Notes: generated by a model not told the origin, from the sequence alone. Counted from the first letter of the stretch, positions 52,474 to 60,798 are shown. The stretch is 64,000 nucleotides of DNA from Mastigocoleus testarum BC008 (GCF_001456025.1 NZ_LMTZ01000096.1:1-64000); one strand, 5' to 3'. Numbers and translations: made by a program.

Positions 52474-55400
52474 ATGACTGCATTTTCCTGCCACCGCCCC
52501 AAGGTTGCTCCCATTTGGGTTTTCTTGGTTACTTTTTTATTAATTATTTCTTTGTCCTTACCCTCGGTTAGCGCTCAAGAAGAAAAGCCAAAACCGCCGA
52601 AAGAATGGGAAATGAAAGGTATAGTAGCAGCGCTAAAAGACCCTTATGCAGTAGTAAGGCTGGAAGCTGCAAATAGATTAGGAACATATAAATTAGACCA
52701 TCCCAAAAACCAAATTCCCAACTATAAAGAAGTTGAGAATCTATTGCTTGAACAGTTATCACCTCCAGATAAGGAAGATAAAAAAGAAAAGAACTTTTCC
52801 CGTAGAGCTGCAGCAACAGCACTGGGGAATATAAAAGCGAAAGAATTTGCACCCCAAATTGCCCTACTCCTTAAAGATTCTGACTCGGATGTGCGTAATT
52901 CTGCAGCAACAGCACTGGGGAATATGAAAGCGAAAGAATTTGCACCCCAAATTGCCCTACTCCTTAAAGATTCTGACTCGGATGTGCGTAATTCCGCAGC
53001 AACAGCACTGGGGAATATGAAAGCGAAAGAAATTGCACCCCAAATTGCCCTACTCCTTAAAAGTTCTGAGTCTTCTGTGCGTAATTCCGCAGCAACAGCA
53101 CTGGGGAATATGAAAGCGAAAGAAATTGCACCCCAAATTGCCCTACTCCTTAAAGATTCTGACTCGGACGTGCGTAATTCCGCAGCAACAGCACTGGGGA
53201 ATATGAAAGCGAAAGAATTTGCACCCCAAATTGCCCTACTCCTTAAAGATTCTCAGTTTTATGTGCGTAATTCCGCAGCAACAGCACTGGGGGAGATGAA
53301 AGCGAAAGAATTTGCACCCCAAATTGCCCTACTTCTTAAAGATTCTAAGTCTTCTGTGCGTAATTCCGCAGCAACAGCACTGGGGGAGATGAAAGCGAAA
53401 GAAATTGCACCCCAAATTACCCTACTCCTTAAAGATTCTGAGTCTTCTGTGCGTTATTTCGCAGCAACAATACTGGGGAATATGAAAGCGAAAGAAATTG
53501 CACCCCAAATTGCCCTACTCCTTAAAAGTTCTGAGTCTTCTGTGCGTTATTCCGCAGCAAGAGCACTGGGGGAGATGAAAGCGAAAGAATTTGCACCCCA
53601 AATTGCCCTACTCCTTAAAGATTCTCAGTCTTCTGTGCGTTATTTCGCAGCAACAGCACTGGTGCAGATGAAAGCGAAAAAATTTGCACCCCAAATTGCC
53701 CTACTCCTTAAAGATTCTGAGTCTTCTGCGCGTAATTCTGCAGCAACAGCACTGGGGAATATGAAAGCGAAAGAATTTGCGCCCCAAATTGCCCTACTCC
53801 TTAAAGATTCTGAGTCTTCTGTGCGTAATTCCGCAGCAACAGCACTGGGGAATATGAAAGCGAAAGAATTTGCACCCCAAATTGCCCTACTCCTTAAAGA
53901 TTCTCAGTTTTATGTGCGTAATTCCGCAGCAACAGCACTGGTGCAGATGAAAGCGAAAGAATTTGCACCCCAAATTGCCCTACTTCTTAAAGATTCTAAG
54001 TCTTCTGTGCGTAATTCCGCAGCAACAGCACTGGGGGAGATGAAAGCGAAAGAAATTGCACCCCAAATTACCCTACTCCTTAAAGATTCTGACTCTTTTG
54101 TGCGTGATTTCGCAGCAAGAGCACTACCAAAGTTAGAAAAACAAGGTTTATCGGTCACTGTGCAAATTCTGAATGCAGTGCATTATTATCCTTCAGAAAT
54201 TAATCGATTGAGATTTTTAGCCCATTTTATCGGTGGTGGAGAGCAAGATGTAGAAACTCTAATGAAATGGATTGGTAAACCCAAAGTTAAAACTACACCA
54301 AATGATTTAACTGTTGCTCAAGGCAGGAAAATCATGAAATTATTTGAACGAAGTTGGAAACTGTGTGATTCCCTACCAGACTTACAACGGGAATTAGCAC
54401 GACAGATTGCTAGGGTTTCCAAAAAAGTTTCTTGGGAAGCATGGGACATCAATTTACTTCAACGTCACCATAAAAACCTTAAAGATGGCAGATCTCACTA
54501 TGCTGACACTGTGCATAGTGTTATTAATGATCTGGAATTTTGGAAATGGTTTTTTATTGCCAGAAATATTATCCTGATTCACCTTGCGATTTGGCTTACC
54601 CTGATTCTTCTTTACCCCAAATTTACTCCAGTTCTTGCACCTTTGTTATGGAATCCTTGGCTGAGACGAATTCTTGGTTTTGGTTATATTGGCTTACTGC
54701 TAACTTTGGTTCCCTGGTTCCGTGAAAGATTGTTACAACCATTTAAACCTTTGCTGTTAGCAGATGCACGATTAGATAATTTCGTTGAGCAAGGTTATTT
54801 TGGAGAATCTTATGTGAAGGTTCCACCGGGTAGTGTTCAAATTTTAAATTCAAGTCGGGATTTACGCAGGAATAAGAGATTTAGAGTTATTGGGAGCATG
54901 GGAAGTAATCACAGGGTCGAAATCTTAGGGGGATTGCTTTACTACGCTGGCGCTCCGTTCGCAATGACGAGTAGGTTTTTGAATCGCAAGGTCCATATGC
55001 TAAGGGGATTGCTTCACTACACTGGCGCTCCACTAGCCCGCAGCAAGCTGAACGCAATGACAGTAAATAACTATTCCCCAAAATATATTACGTCAAAAGT
55101 TCAACCAATTACTCAAGCAATCCCAAGTCTTCAAGGACAAATTGTCTTAGAAGGTGAATCTGGCTTGGGTAAATCAATGTTTCTGCGCCATTTAGCGAAT
55201 AATTCCCAGCGTATTCTTGTTTATCTCCCCGCTCAAAAGTGTGATAAAGGGGTAATCAAGGCAATTTCTGCCAAATTAAAAGAACAAGTAAATGATTTCA
55301 AGTTCCTAAAAAACCTGATTTACAATGGAGCCTTAGATATCTGCATCGACGGACTCAACGAAGTTACAGCAGACACTCGAGCAAAAATTTCCCAGTTTGC

Positions 55401-58113
55401 AGAAAGCTATTTCCGGGGCAATATAATTATGACAACCCAGCCCCTAGACTGGATACCGCCTTCCACTGCGAAGAAATACGAATTGCAGCCTTTAGAACGC
55501 GAACAGATTGAGCAATTTTTGCTGTTGCGTGGTGAGACGATTGGGGATTGGAGACTGGGGACTGGAGAAGACAAAGGAGTTAACGCATCATTTACACAAT
55601 ATGACCAAGCTTGTTCAAACTATCTTGCGGAAGCTTTCAACGAACAACAATCCCCAGAAGATTTAGCAGCAACCAAGCGAATTCTTTCTAACCCAATGGA
55701 TTTAACTTTGGTTGCCCTGATGCTATCACAAGGACAGCAACCAAATTTATTCCGCCTGCAAGAACAACAATATCAACTGATGGCGGCTGAATATCAGCGA
55801 GAATATCAGCGGGAATTTCCTTTAAAAAGGTTTTCTGAAGCTGTTTATCAAATGCGATTGTATGACGAAACCATTATACCCAGCAAGGAATTTGGTTCGG
55901 AATTAGTATGCTTGGGAAATGAAAAATATAAGATGGTTATCAGTCGTCAGTGGGAGAGTGACAAAGGGGAACCAGAGAAAACCTGGTATTTTCGCCACGA
56001 TAAAATTATGGAATTCTTCTTGGTACAAAACTTTCGCGGTGCAGATAAAGCAGTTCAAGAACGGATTCAAAAACACATTAGTGACCCTAGGTTTCGCGGC
56101 GTTTATTTATTATTAGCTAATTTACTTCCTTTAGATTATGCAGTTGAACTGCGAGAAAGAATTATCGATTATGCTGCTAACAGCAAAGACCATACATTAA
56201 GCGATAAGTTTGTTCAGTTATTACAGTTGCGCTTACCCCTAAAATGGACGCAAGGTGCAAAAGTAAAGTCATTATTACAACAACACGAACAAAAAACCCA
56301 GTATTTAGATTTAGTAGCAAAATTTTTAGAACAGGTCGATGCGACGGTCAAACGGGAGCAAAAACTATACCTGACCATTGAAAATATCGAAAGCAGTTTG
56401 AGGAATTATGCGCCTTTCCCGGTTGCGATCGCGATCGATACCCCAACAGATGAAGATATTAGTCATTTGGTAAAACTTTCCCAACAATTGAAAGCAGAAT
56501 CGACAGCAGAAACAGAAATAACAACAGAGCGATCGCCCAAAGCTGGCTTACTAATCTACAAAATTCCTCCAGATCCTGCAGCCAGAATGGAAATTGCTAA
56601 GGTGCGGTTGCGGGATAATTTTCTCTTAATTCCCATTCCCATCACATCAGTGGAAAAAGCCTTAAGCGATAAAGACAATTGTATTGGCTTGCTGGATGAG
56701 TATATTGATCGATATCTCCAACATGCTGACTTCTTTGATGATCGCAATGCCATTACTGACACATTATCATTTTTCGGTCGTACAGAAATCTTACAACGCT
56801 TAGGAGAAGAACTACTAAGACATCAAGCATTAGGGCTTTTTGGATTGCGTAAATCAGGTAAAACCTCAGTTTTGATCCAATTGGGTTTTATGTTGCGGGA
56901 ATATCCAATCATACATATTGATTTGCAAAGCTATGGCGGTTCTCGTTACGCTGTGGATTTATTTAACAAGATTATTGATGGTTTATCTAGCTTAGAAAGT
57001 GAAACTCCCTTTCCCCAATTTGCACCATTTCCTCGAGAGCAACCTGCTGCTGAGTTAACAACTGAATTTATTCAACGGGTGAATGAATATGTCAGTGTGA
57101 TCCAAAACCAAACAAAATATCACAACCAAAAGAAATATAAACTACCCATCCCGTGCTTTTTAGACGAAGTAGAAAGAATTATTCCCACACCAGAACATGA
57201 TCGCGAAAAAGCTGAAGAATTCAATGCTTTTTTTGGAGCGTTGCGAGTATTATGTCAAGAAAAGAAAATTTCATTACTGGTTGCTGACGTACATCCCGAT
57301 TGCAATCGGATTAATTCCTGGACGCAAGCAGGAGTTGCAACAAACCCAGTTTTTAGCTTCTTCAAAGAAATATTTTTACCACCTTTCTCAGAGGAAGAAA
57401 CCCAAGAGATGTTGGTAAATCTTGGTAAATTAATGGGTTTAGAGTTTGATGCAGCTACACCCCAACAAATCCATTACCAAAGTGGCGGACATCCCTTCGT
57501 TTCTCGTCAAATTGCCCGTTTTCTCACAAATAAAATTAAAGATCAATACAGTTCAGTTAAGAATTCTTTTGAAACAAATAACGCTGTAGAGACGTTGCAT
57601 GCAACGTCTCTACCAAGAAATTCAGGTTTATCTGAACCATATTTGATTAAAAATAAGCAGGACTTACCTCATCAAAACAATAACATGCTCATTGAGTGGG
57701 GAATGGTAGAAAAATATTTAAAGAAAACCTTAACCCAAAGAGGTCAGTTAAAAAATTATCTAGAAAAAAGTATTTGGGAAGATTTAGAGAAACGCAACTT
57801 TCAAGTTGCTATTGCTGTGCTGCAATGCATCGCCTGTAACGAAGATTCACATCGGAAAATAACACAAACAGCCTTATTTAACCAACTAAAAAGCCAATTT
57901 ACAACCAACCGGTTATTAAATGCTTGCAATTGGCTGATAAGTGTTGGATTGTTATATGAGGAGGAAGTTGAAGAACTAAAAGTGGAAGATTCAGAAATTC
58001 AAACCCAAGAAGCTCAAAGTAACGAACTTTACCATATCCGAATTCCTCTCTTATCAAGGTGGATCTACATGCAGATGACAGAAGAGGAAATTGAGCAATG
58101 TACGATTCCGTAG
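52474..58113 (+). CDS. giant multidomain protein: signal peptide, 14 HEAT(PBS-lyase-type) repeats, TM segments, NACHT-type STAND NTPase, second STAND-like P-loop ATPase module
   Basis: Signal-peptide-like MTAFSCHRPKVAPIWVFLVTFLLIISLSLPSVSA. 14 copies of a 31-aa repeat (AATALGNMKAKEFAPQIALLLKDSDSDVRNS). Hydrophobic helices at about aa 690-750. Walker A GESGLGKS and Walker B ICIDGLNEV (NACHT hhhDGhDE). NPMDLTLVALM and WYFRHDKIMEFFLVQ NACHT-like motifs. A second module runs FFGRTEILQRL...GLRKSGKTS...GGHPFVSRQIARFL. Confidence 0.8.
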   Translation: MTAFSCHRPKVAPIWVFLVTFLLIISLSLPSVSAQEEKPKPPKEWEMKGIVAALKDPYAVVRLEAANRLGTYKLDHPKNQIPNYKEVENLLLEQLSPPDKEDKKEKNFSRRAAATALGNIKAKEFAPQIALLLKDSDSDVRNSAATALGNMKAKEFAPQIALLLKDSDSDVRNSAATALGNMKAKEIAPQIALLLKSSESSVRNSAATALGNMKAKEIAPQIALLLKDSDSDVRNSAATALGNMKAKEFAPQIALLLKDSQFYVRNSAATALGEMKAKEFAPQIALLLKDSKSSVRNSAATALGEMKAKEIAPQITLLLKDSESSVRYFAATILGNMKAKEIAPQIALLLKSSESSVRYSAARALGEMKAKEFAPQIALLLKDSQSSVRYFAATALVQMKAKKFAPQIALLLKDSESSARNSAATALGNMKAKEFAPQIALLLKDSESSVRNSAATALGNMKAKEFAPQIALLLKDSQFYVRNSAATALVQMKAKEFAPQIALLLKDSKSSVRNSAATALGEMKAKEIAPQITLLLKDSDSFVRDFAARALPKLEKQGLSVTVQILNAVHYYPSEINRLRFLAHFIGGGEQDVETLMKWIGKPKVKTTPNDLTVAQGRKIMKLFERSWKLCDSLPDLQRELARQIARVSKKVSWEAWDINLLQRHHKNLKDGRSHYADTVHSVINDLEFWKWFFIARNIILIHLAIWLTLILLYPKFTPVLAPLLWNPWLRRILGFGYIGLLLTLVPWFRERLLQPFKPLLLADARLDNFVEQGYFGESYVKVPPGSVQILNSSRDLRRNKRFRVIGSMGSNHRVEILGGLLYYAGAPFAMTSRFLNRKVHMLRGLLHYTGAPLARSKLNAMTVNNYSPKYITSKVQPITQAIPSLQGQIVLEGESGLGKSMFLRHLANNSQRILVYLPAQKCDKGVIKAISAKLKEQVNDFKFLKNLIYNGALDICIDGLNEVTADTRAKISQFAESYFRGNIIMTTQPLDWIPPSTAKKYELQPLEREQIEQFLLLRGETIGDWRLGTGEDKGVNASFTQYDQACSNYLAEAFNEQQSPEDLAATKRILSNPMDLTLVALMLSQGQQPNLFRLQEQQYQLMAAEYQREYQREFPLKRFSEAVYQMRLYDETIIPSKEFGSELVCLGNEKYKMVISRQWESDKGEPEKTWYFRHDKIMEFFLVQNFRGADKAVQERIQKHISDPRFRGVYLLLANLLPLDYAVELRERIIDYAANSKDHTLSDKFVQLLQLRLPLKWTQGAKVKSLLQQHEQKTQYLDLVAKFLEQVDATVKREQKLYLTIENIESSLRNYAPFPVAIAIDTPTDEDISHLVKLSQQLKAESTAETEITTERSPKAGLLIYKIPPDPAARMEIAKVRLRDNFLLIPIPITSVEKALSDKDNCIGLLDEYIDRYLQHADFFDDRNAITDTLSFFGRTEILQRLGEELLRHQALGLFGLRKSGKTSVLIQLGFMLREYPIIHIDLQSYGGSRYAVDLFNKIIDGLSSLESETPFPQFAPFPREQPAAELTTEFIQRVNEYVSVIQNQTKYHNQKKYKLPIPCFLDEVERIIPTPEHDREKAEEFNAFFGALRVLCQEKKISLLVADVHPDCNRINSWTQAGVATNPVFSFFKEIFLPPFSEEETQEMLVNLGKLMGLEFDAATPQQIHYQSGGHPFVSRQIARFLTNKIKDQYSSVKNSFETNNAVETLHATSLPRNSGLSEPYLIKNKQDLPHQNNNMLIEWGMVEKYLKKTLTQRGQLKNYLEKSIWEDLEKRNFQVAIAVLQCIACNEDSHRKITQTALFNQLKSQFTTNRLLNACNWLISVGLLYEEEVEELKVEDSEIQTQEAQSNELYHIRIPLLSRWIYMQMTEEEIEQCTIP
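52810..54115 (+). repeat. 93-bp tandem repeat array (about 14 near-identical units) encoding the HEAT repeats
   Basis: Units differ at only a few nt. There is a higher-order duplication: units 5-7 resemble units 12-14, DSQFYVRNS...DSKSSVRNS...ITLLLK. Confidence 0.85.
54890..55075 (+). repeat. two tandem in-frame copies of a MITE-arm-like segment embedded in the giant CDS
   Basis: GGGATTGCTTtACTACgCTGGCGCTCCgttCGCAATGACg and GGGATTGCTTcACTACaCTGGCGCTCCa...CGCAATGACa, related to the right arm of the 52214-52381 element. Translated as GLLYYAGAPFAMTS / GLLHYTGAPLARSKLNAMT. Confidence 0.5.
57586..57613 (+). repeat. 28-nt perfect palindrome GTAGAGACGTTGCATGCAACGTCTCTAC inserted in-frame in the giant CDS (encodes VETLHATSL)
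   Basis: Exact copy of the intergenic palindrome at about 52130-52157. Confidence 0.8.
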
Positions 58114-60536
58114 GAGAACGTCCTTTTGACAATTACCGCACCCCCATAACAGAACCCTCCTACTTCTTTGGACGTAGTGAATTAATTCATACCATGCTCA
58201 AATTCCCCTTTCAGGTGCGGATACTCTTAGGTGGAAGACGTTTGGGTAAAACCAGCGCCTTACGTGCTGTCGAATGGAACTTGCTCGATCCTAATAATAA
58301 TCCCGATCGCAATCCCAATTCTAAATATTTTCGTCGTGCTTTCCCGGTATTAATCGATCTCAAGCTAGAACAACCTAAAGACTTAGATAATCTACGTTAT
58401 ATCCTGATCGCCAGACTCCGAGAAGCAATGGAACGCTGGCGAGAAATTCCTGTAACATACATTAACCAAATGTACCCCGAGTTTCTCAATCAAGTTAAGG
58501 GTGCTGAAGTTACTTTGAATTTCCTCTCAAGTTTAGGTATTAATTGTAACAGTAATAATTCCGATACCGAAAAACGGTTAAACAACGATAACTTTCGACT
58601 CGCTTTCTTAAAAACAAAAGAAGAACTACGAAAACAAAAAGAATTAAACTTTCAAGGCGTCTGCTTCCTGATTGATGGTGCTGAATTCATTGTCCGTCAA
58701 ACTTGGGCTACTGATGCTTGGTCTTATCTACGGGGTTTGAAAGATACCGACATCGCCATCAAATCAGCTTTAGGTTTGTTACTTTCCGGTTACCGAGACT
58801 TAAAAGAATATCAGCAACGCGTCGGTTCGCCATTATTGAATATAGCAGAAATTGAATGGTTAACCACATTAAGTGAAGAAGATACCAGAAAATTGGTATG
58901 TGACCGCATTTCGCACATGTTGCAGACTTATGACACCGAAAAAGAAAAAATTTTTTTGAGTGAAGACGCGATCGCACAAATTATCGAATGGTCTGGATGT
59001 CATCCCTACTTGATCCAACAATTGCTCAACATGATTTTTGACTCCAACCAGCAATTTGAGCTTGAGCAGCAATGCTTAGATACTCATCTCATCAACAAAT
59101 TATTACAGCATCACGATAAAGATTTCTCTTCCTGGTGGAACACCGAACACCTCTCTGGTTGCTTTAGTGAAGACGAACGCAAAATTTACTGTACCTTAAT
59201 CGAACAACGCCAAGCGACCCCCAAGGATTTAGCAAAAAATACAAGTTTCAGCCGATTTAAAGTATCAGAAGCATTAGAAGTAATGGCTGGTACCGGTGTA
59301 ATTCACCTACTAGATGATGAATCTTACATATTAGGTTCTCGTCTATTTCAAGAATGGGTAAAAGATTTAACTTCTAATACTTTAAGTCCTAATACATCTG
59401 AGTCAGACTCTGAAAAGCAATCGCAACAAGTTTTATTAGATAAACAATTATGTAAACAAAATCAAATTCAAAATCAAACTCAAATTAATTACCAGGATTT
59501 TCAAATCATAGTTGATAAAAATCATTATATTCGTGCTTCCTCAGAACAAGGGGAAGTTAAAAACCAATTATTATTAGATATCAATAAAATAAAACTGACA
59601 TTAAAACTAGTCGAACTCAATCAGACAGATACAGAACTGCTCAAAGCACTAGGTCACGAGCTTTACCAAGCACTCTTTCCCGATAAAATTAACGCTCGAT
59701 TCCACGCTACATTAGCAAGCGCACAAACAAAAAAAGAAAGCGTCCGCTTACGTCTAATATTTGAATCGCCCGAATTAGCTTCTCTACCTTGGGAATTCCT
59801 CTACGACGAAGATACCAACACTTTTTTAGGAAACAACACCGAAACCGTTCTTTCTCGTTATATCGATCTTCCCTTAAGAAAAAGCGATCTAAAAGCCGTT
59901 AGTTTACCTCTGAAAGTCCTATTAGTCATTTCCACCCCCACTGACTTAGCCACATTAGACGTTGCTGGAGAAGAAAAACTAATTCAAGAAGCCTTAAAAA
60001 CACACATAGAAACAAAAAACATTGAGTTAGATATCTTACAAACAGCAACGAGACGAGAAATCCAGCAAAAGCTAAATGAGAAGCATTACGATGTGTTTCA
60101 CTTTATCGGTCATGGTGAATTTGAGAATAACAAAGGTTACATCATTCTTGTAGATGAAGCAAGAAAAGCGAAATATATGGATGATGAAAACTTCGCTAAC
60201 TTCTTTTTAGGTAGTCATAATGTGGGATTAGTTATTCTAAATTCCTGTCAAGGAGCAAAAGTAGCTTCAAATCAAGCGATGAGGGGTACAGCACCAAACC
60301 TAGTGCGTCGGGGAATACCCGCAGTAATAGCAATGCAGTATTCTATTTTCGACAACACAGCAAAACTTTTTGCAGACGAATTTTATCGTACTTTAGCACT
60401 AGGTTATCCCATAGATGCAGCAATCCAGAAAACTCGGAATGCAATTTCTATGGAATGTGGACTCAATACACGGGACTTTGCAACACCAGTGCTGTACATG
60501 CGAGCCAAAGACGGAATTATTTTAAGTGGATTATGA
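58098..60536 (+). CDS. STAND-like P-loop ATPase fused to a CHAT (caspase-like) protease domain
   Basis: FFGRSELIHTML...GGRRLGKTS (Walker A), FLIDGAEF (Walker B), GCHPYLIQQL (GxP). The C-terminal CHAT carries a His/Cys dyad in FHFIGHGEF and LVILNSCQGAK. Its ATG overlaps the upstream gene by 16 nt, and GAGGAAA lies 7 nt upstream. Confidence 0.8.
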   Translation: MYDSVGERPFDNYRTPITEPSYFFGRSELIHTMLKFPFQVRILLGGRRLGKTSALRAVEWNLLDPNNNPDRNPNSKYFRRAFPVLIDLKLEQPKDLDNLRYILIARLREAMERWREIPVTYINQMYPEFLNQVKGAEVTLNFLSSLGINCNSNNSDTEKRLNNDNFRLAFLKTKEELRKQKELNFQGVCFLIDGAEFIVRQTWATDAWSYLRGLKDTDIAIKSALGLLLSGYRDLKEYQQRVGSPLLNIAEIEWLTTLSEEDTRKLVCDRISHMLQTYDTEKEKIFLSEDAIAQIIEWSGCHPYLIQQLLNMIFDSNQQFELEQQCLDTHLINKLLQHHDKDFSSWWNTEHLSGCFSEDERKIYCTLIEQRQATPKDLAKNTSFSRFKVSEALEVMAGTGVIHLLDDESYILGSRLFQEWVKDLTSNTLSPNTSESDSEKQSQQVLLDKQLCKQNQIQNQTQINYQDFQIIVDKNHYIRASSEQGEVKNQLLLDINKIKLTLKLVELNQTDTELLKALGHELYQALFPDKINARFHATLASAQTKKESVRLRLIFESPELASLPWEFLYDEDTNTFLGNNTETVLSRYIDLPLRKSDLKAVSLPLKVLLVISTPTDLATLDVAGEEKLIQEALKTHIETKNIELDILQTATRREIQQKLNEKHYDVFHFIGHGEFENNKGYIILVDEARKAKYMDDENFANFFLGSHNVGLVILNSCQGAKVASNQAMRGTAPNLVRRGIPAVIAMQYSIFDNTAKLFADEFYRTLALGYPIDAAIQKTRNAISMECGLNTRDFATPVLYMRAKDGIILSGL

Positions 60537-60549
60537 TTAAATACGGTTG

Positions 60550-60603
60550 GTAGAGACGTTGCAGAGGCTAACGCCGACGCCGCAGGCTCTGCAACGTCTC
60601 TAC
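60550..60603. repeat. palindromic dispersed element (GTAGAGACGTTGCAGAGGC...GCAGGCTCTGCAACGTCTCTAC), probable bidirectional terminator between the convergent CHAT gene and malQ
   Basis: A long-inverted-repeat variant of the 28-mer. A related partial copy lies at about 47425-47466. Confidence 0.7.
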
Positions 60604-60660
60604 ACGCCCAAAATAATCATGGTTCAACCTTAACTGAACTGTATTGGATTATGAGTCTGT

Positions 60661-60688
60661 GGAATAAACTACCCCAACTAAACTGTCT
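60661..60688. repeat. hairpin repeat CCCCAACTA-N10-TAGTTGGGG
   Basis: ccccaactaaactgtcttatagttgggg. A similar CCCCAACT...AGTTGGGG hairpin lies at about 40258-40288. Confidence 0.6.
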
Positions 60689-60713
60689 TATAGTTGGGGA
60701 CTTACAGCATTTT

Positions 60714-60798
60714 TGTTAATCACCGTTAACTGTTAACTGTTAACTGATAATTGATAACTGTTAACTGATAACTGATAACTGATAACTGTTAACTGTTA
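60714..60798. repeat. STRR-type heptamer tandem array (AACTGTT/AACTGAT, about 11 units) overlapping the malQ stop codon
   Basis: ccgttaactgttaactgttaactgataattgataactgttaactgataactgataactgataactgttaactgttaactgtt. The final units encode the last codons and the TAA stop of malQ on the minus strand. Confidence 0.8.

Noticed and set aside
53910-54158. 82-aa minus-strand ORF (and 54887-55081 minus, 64 aa)
   Set aside because: They are antisense within the 93-bp repeat array and the MITE-like insertion of the giant CDS. They are repeat-generated artefacts.
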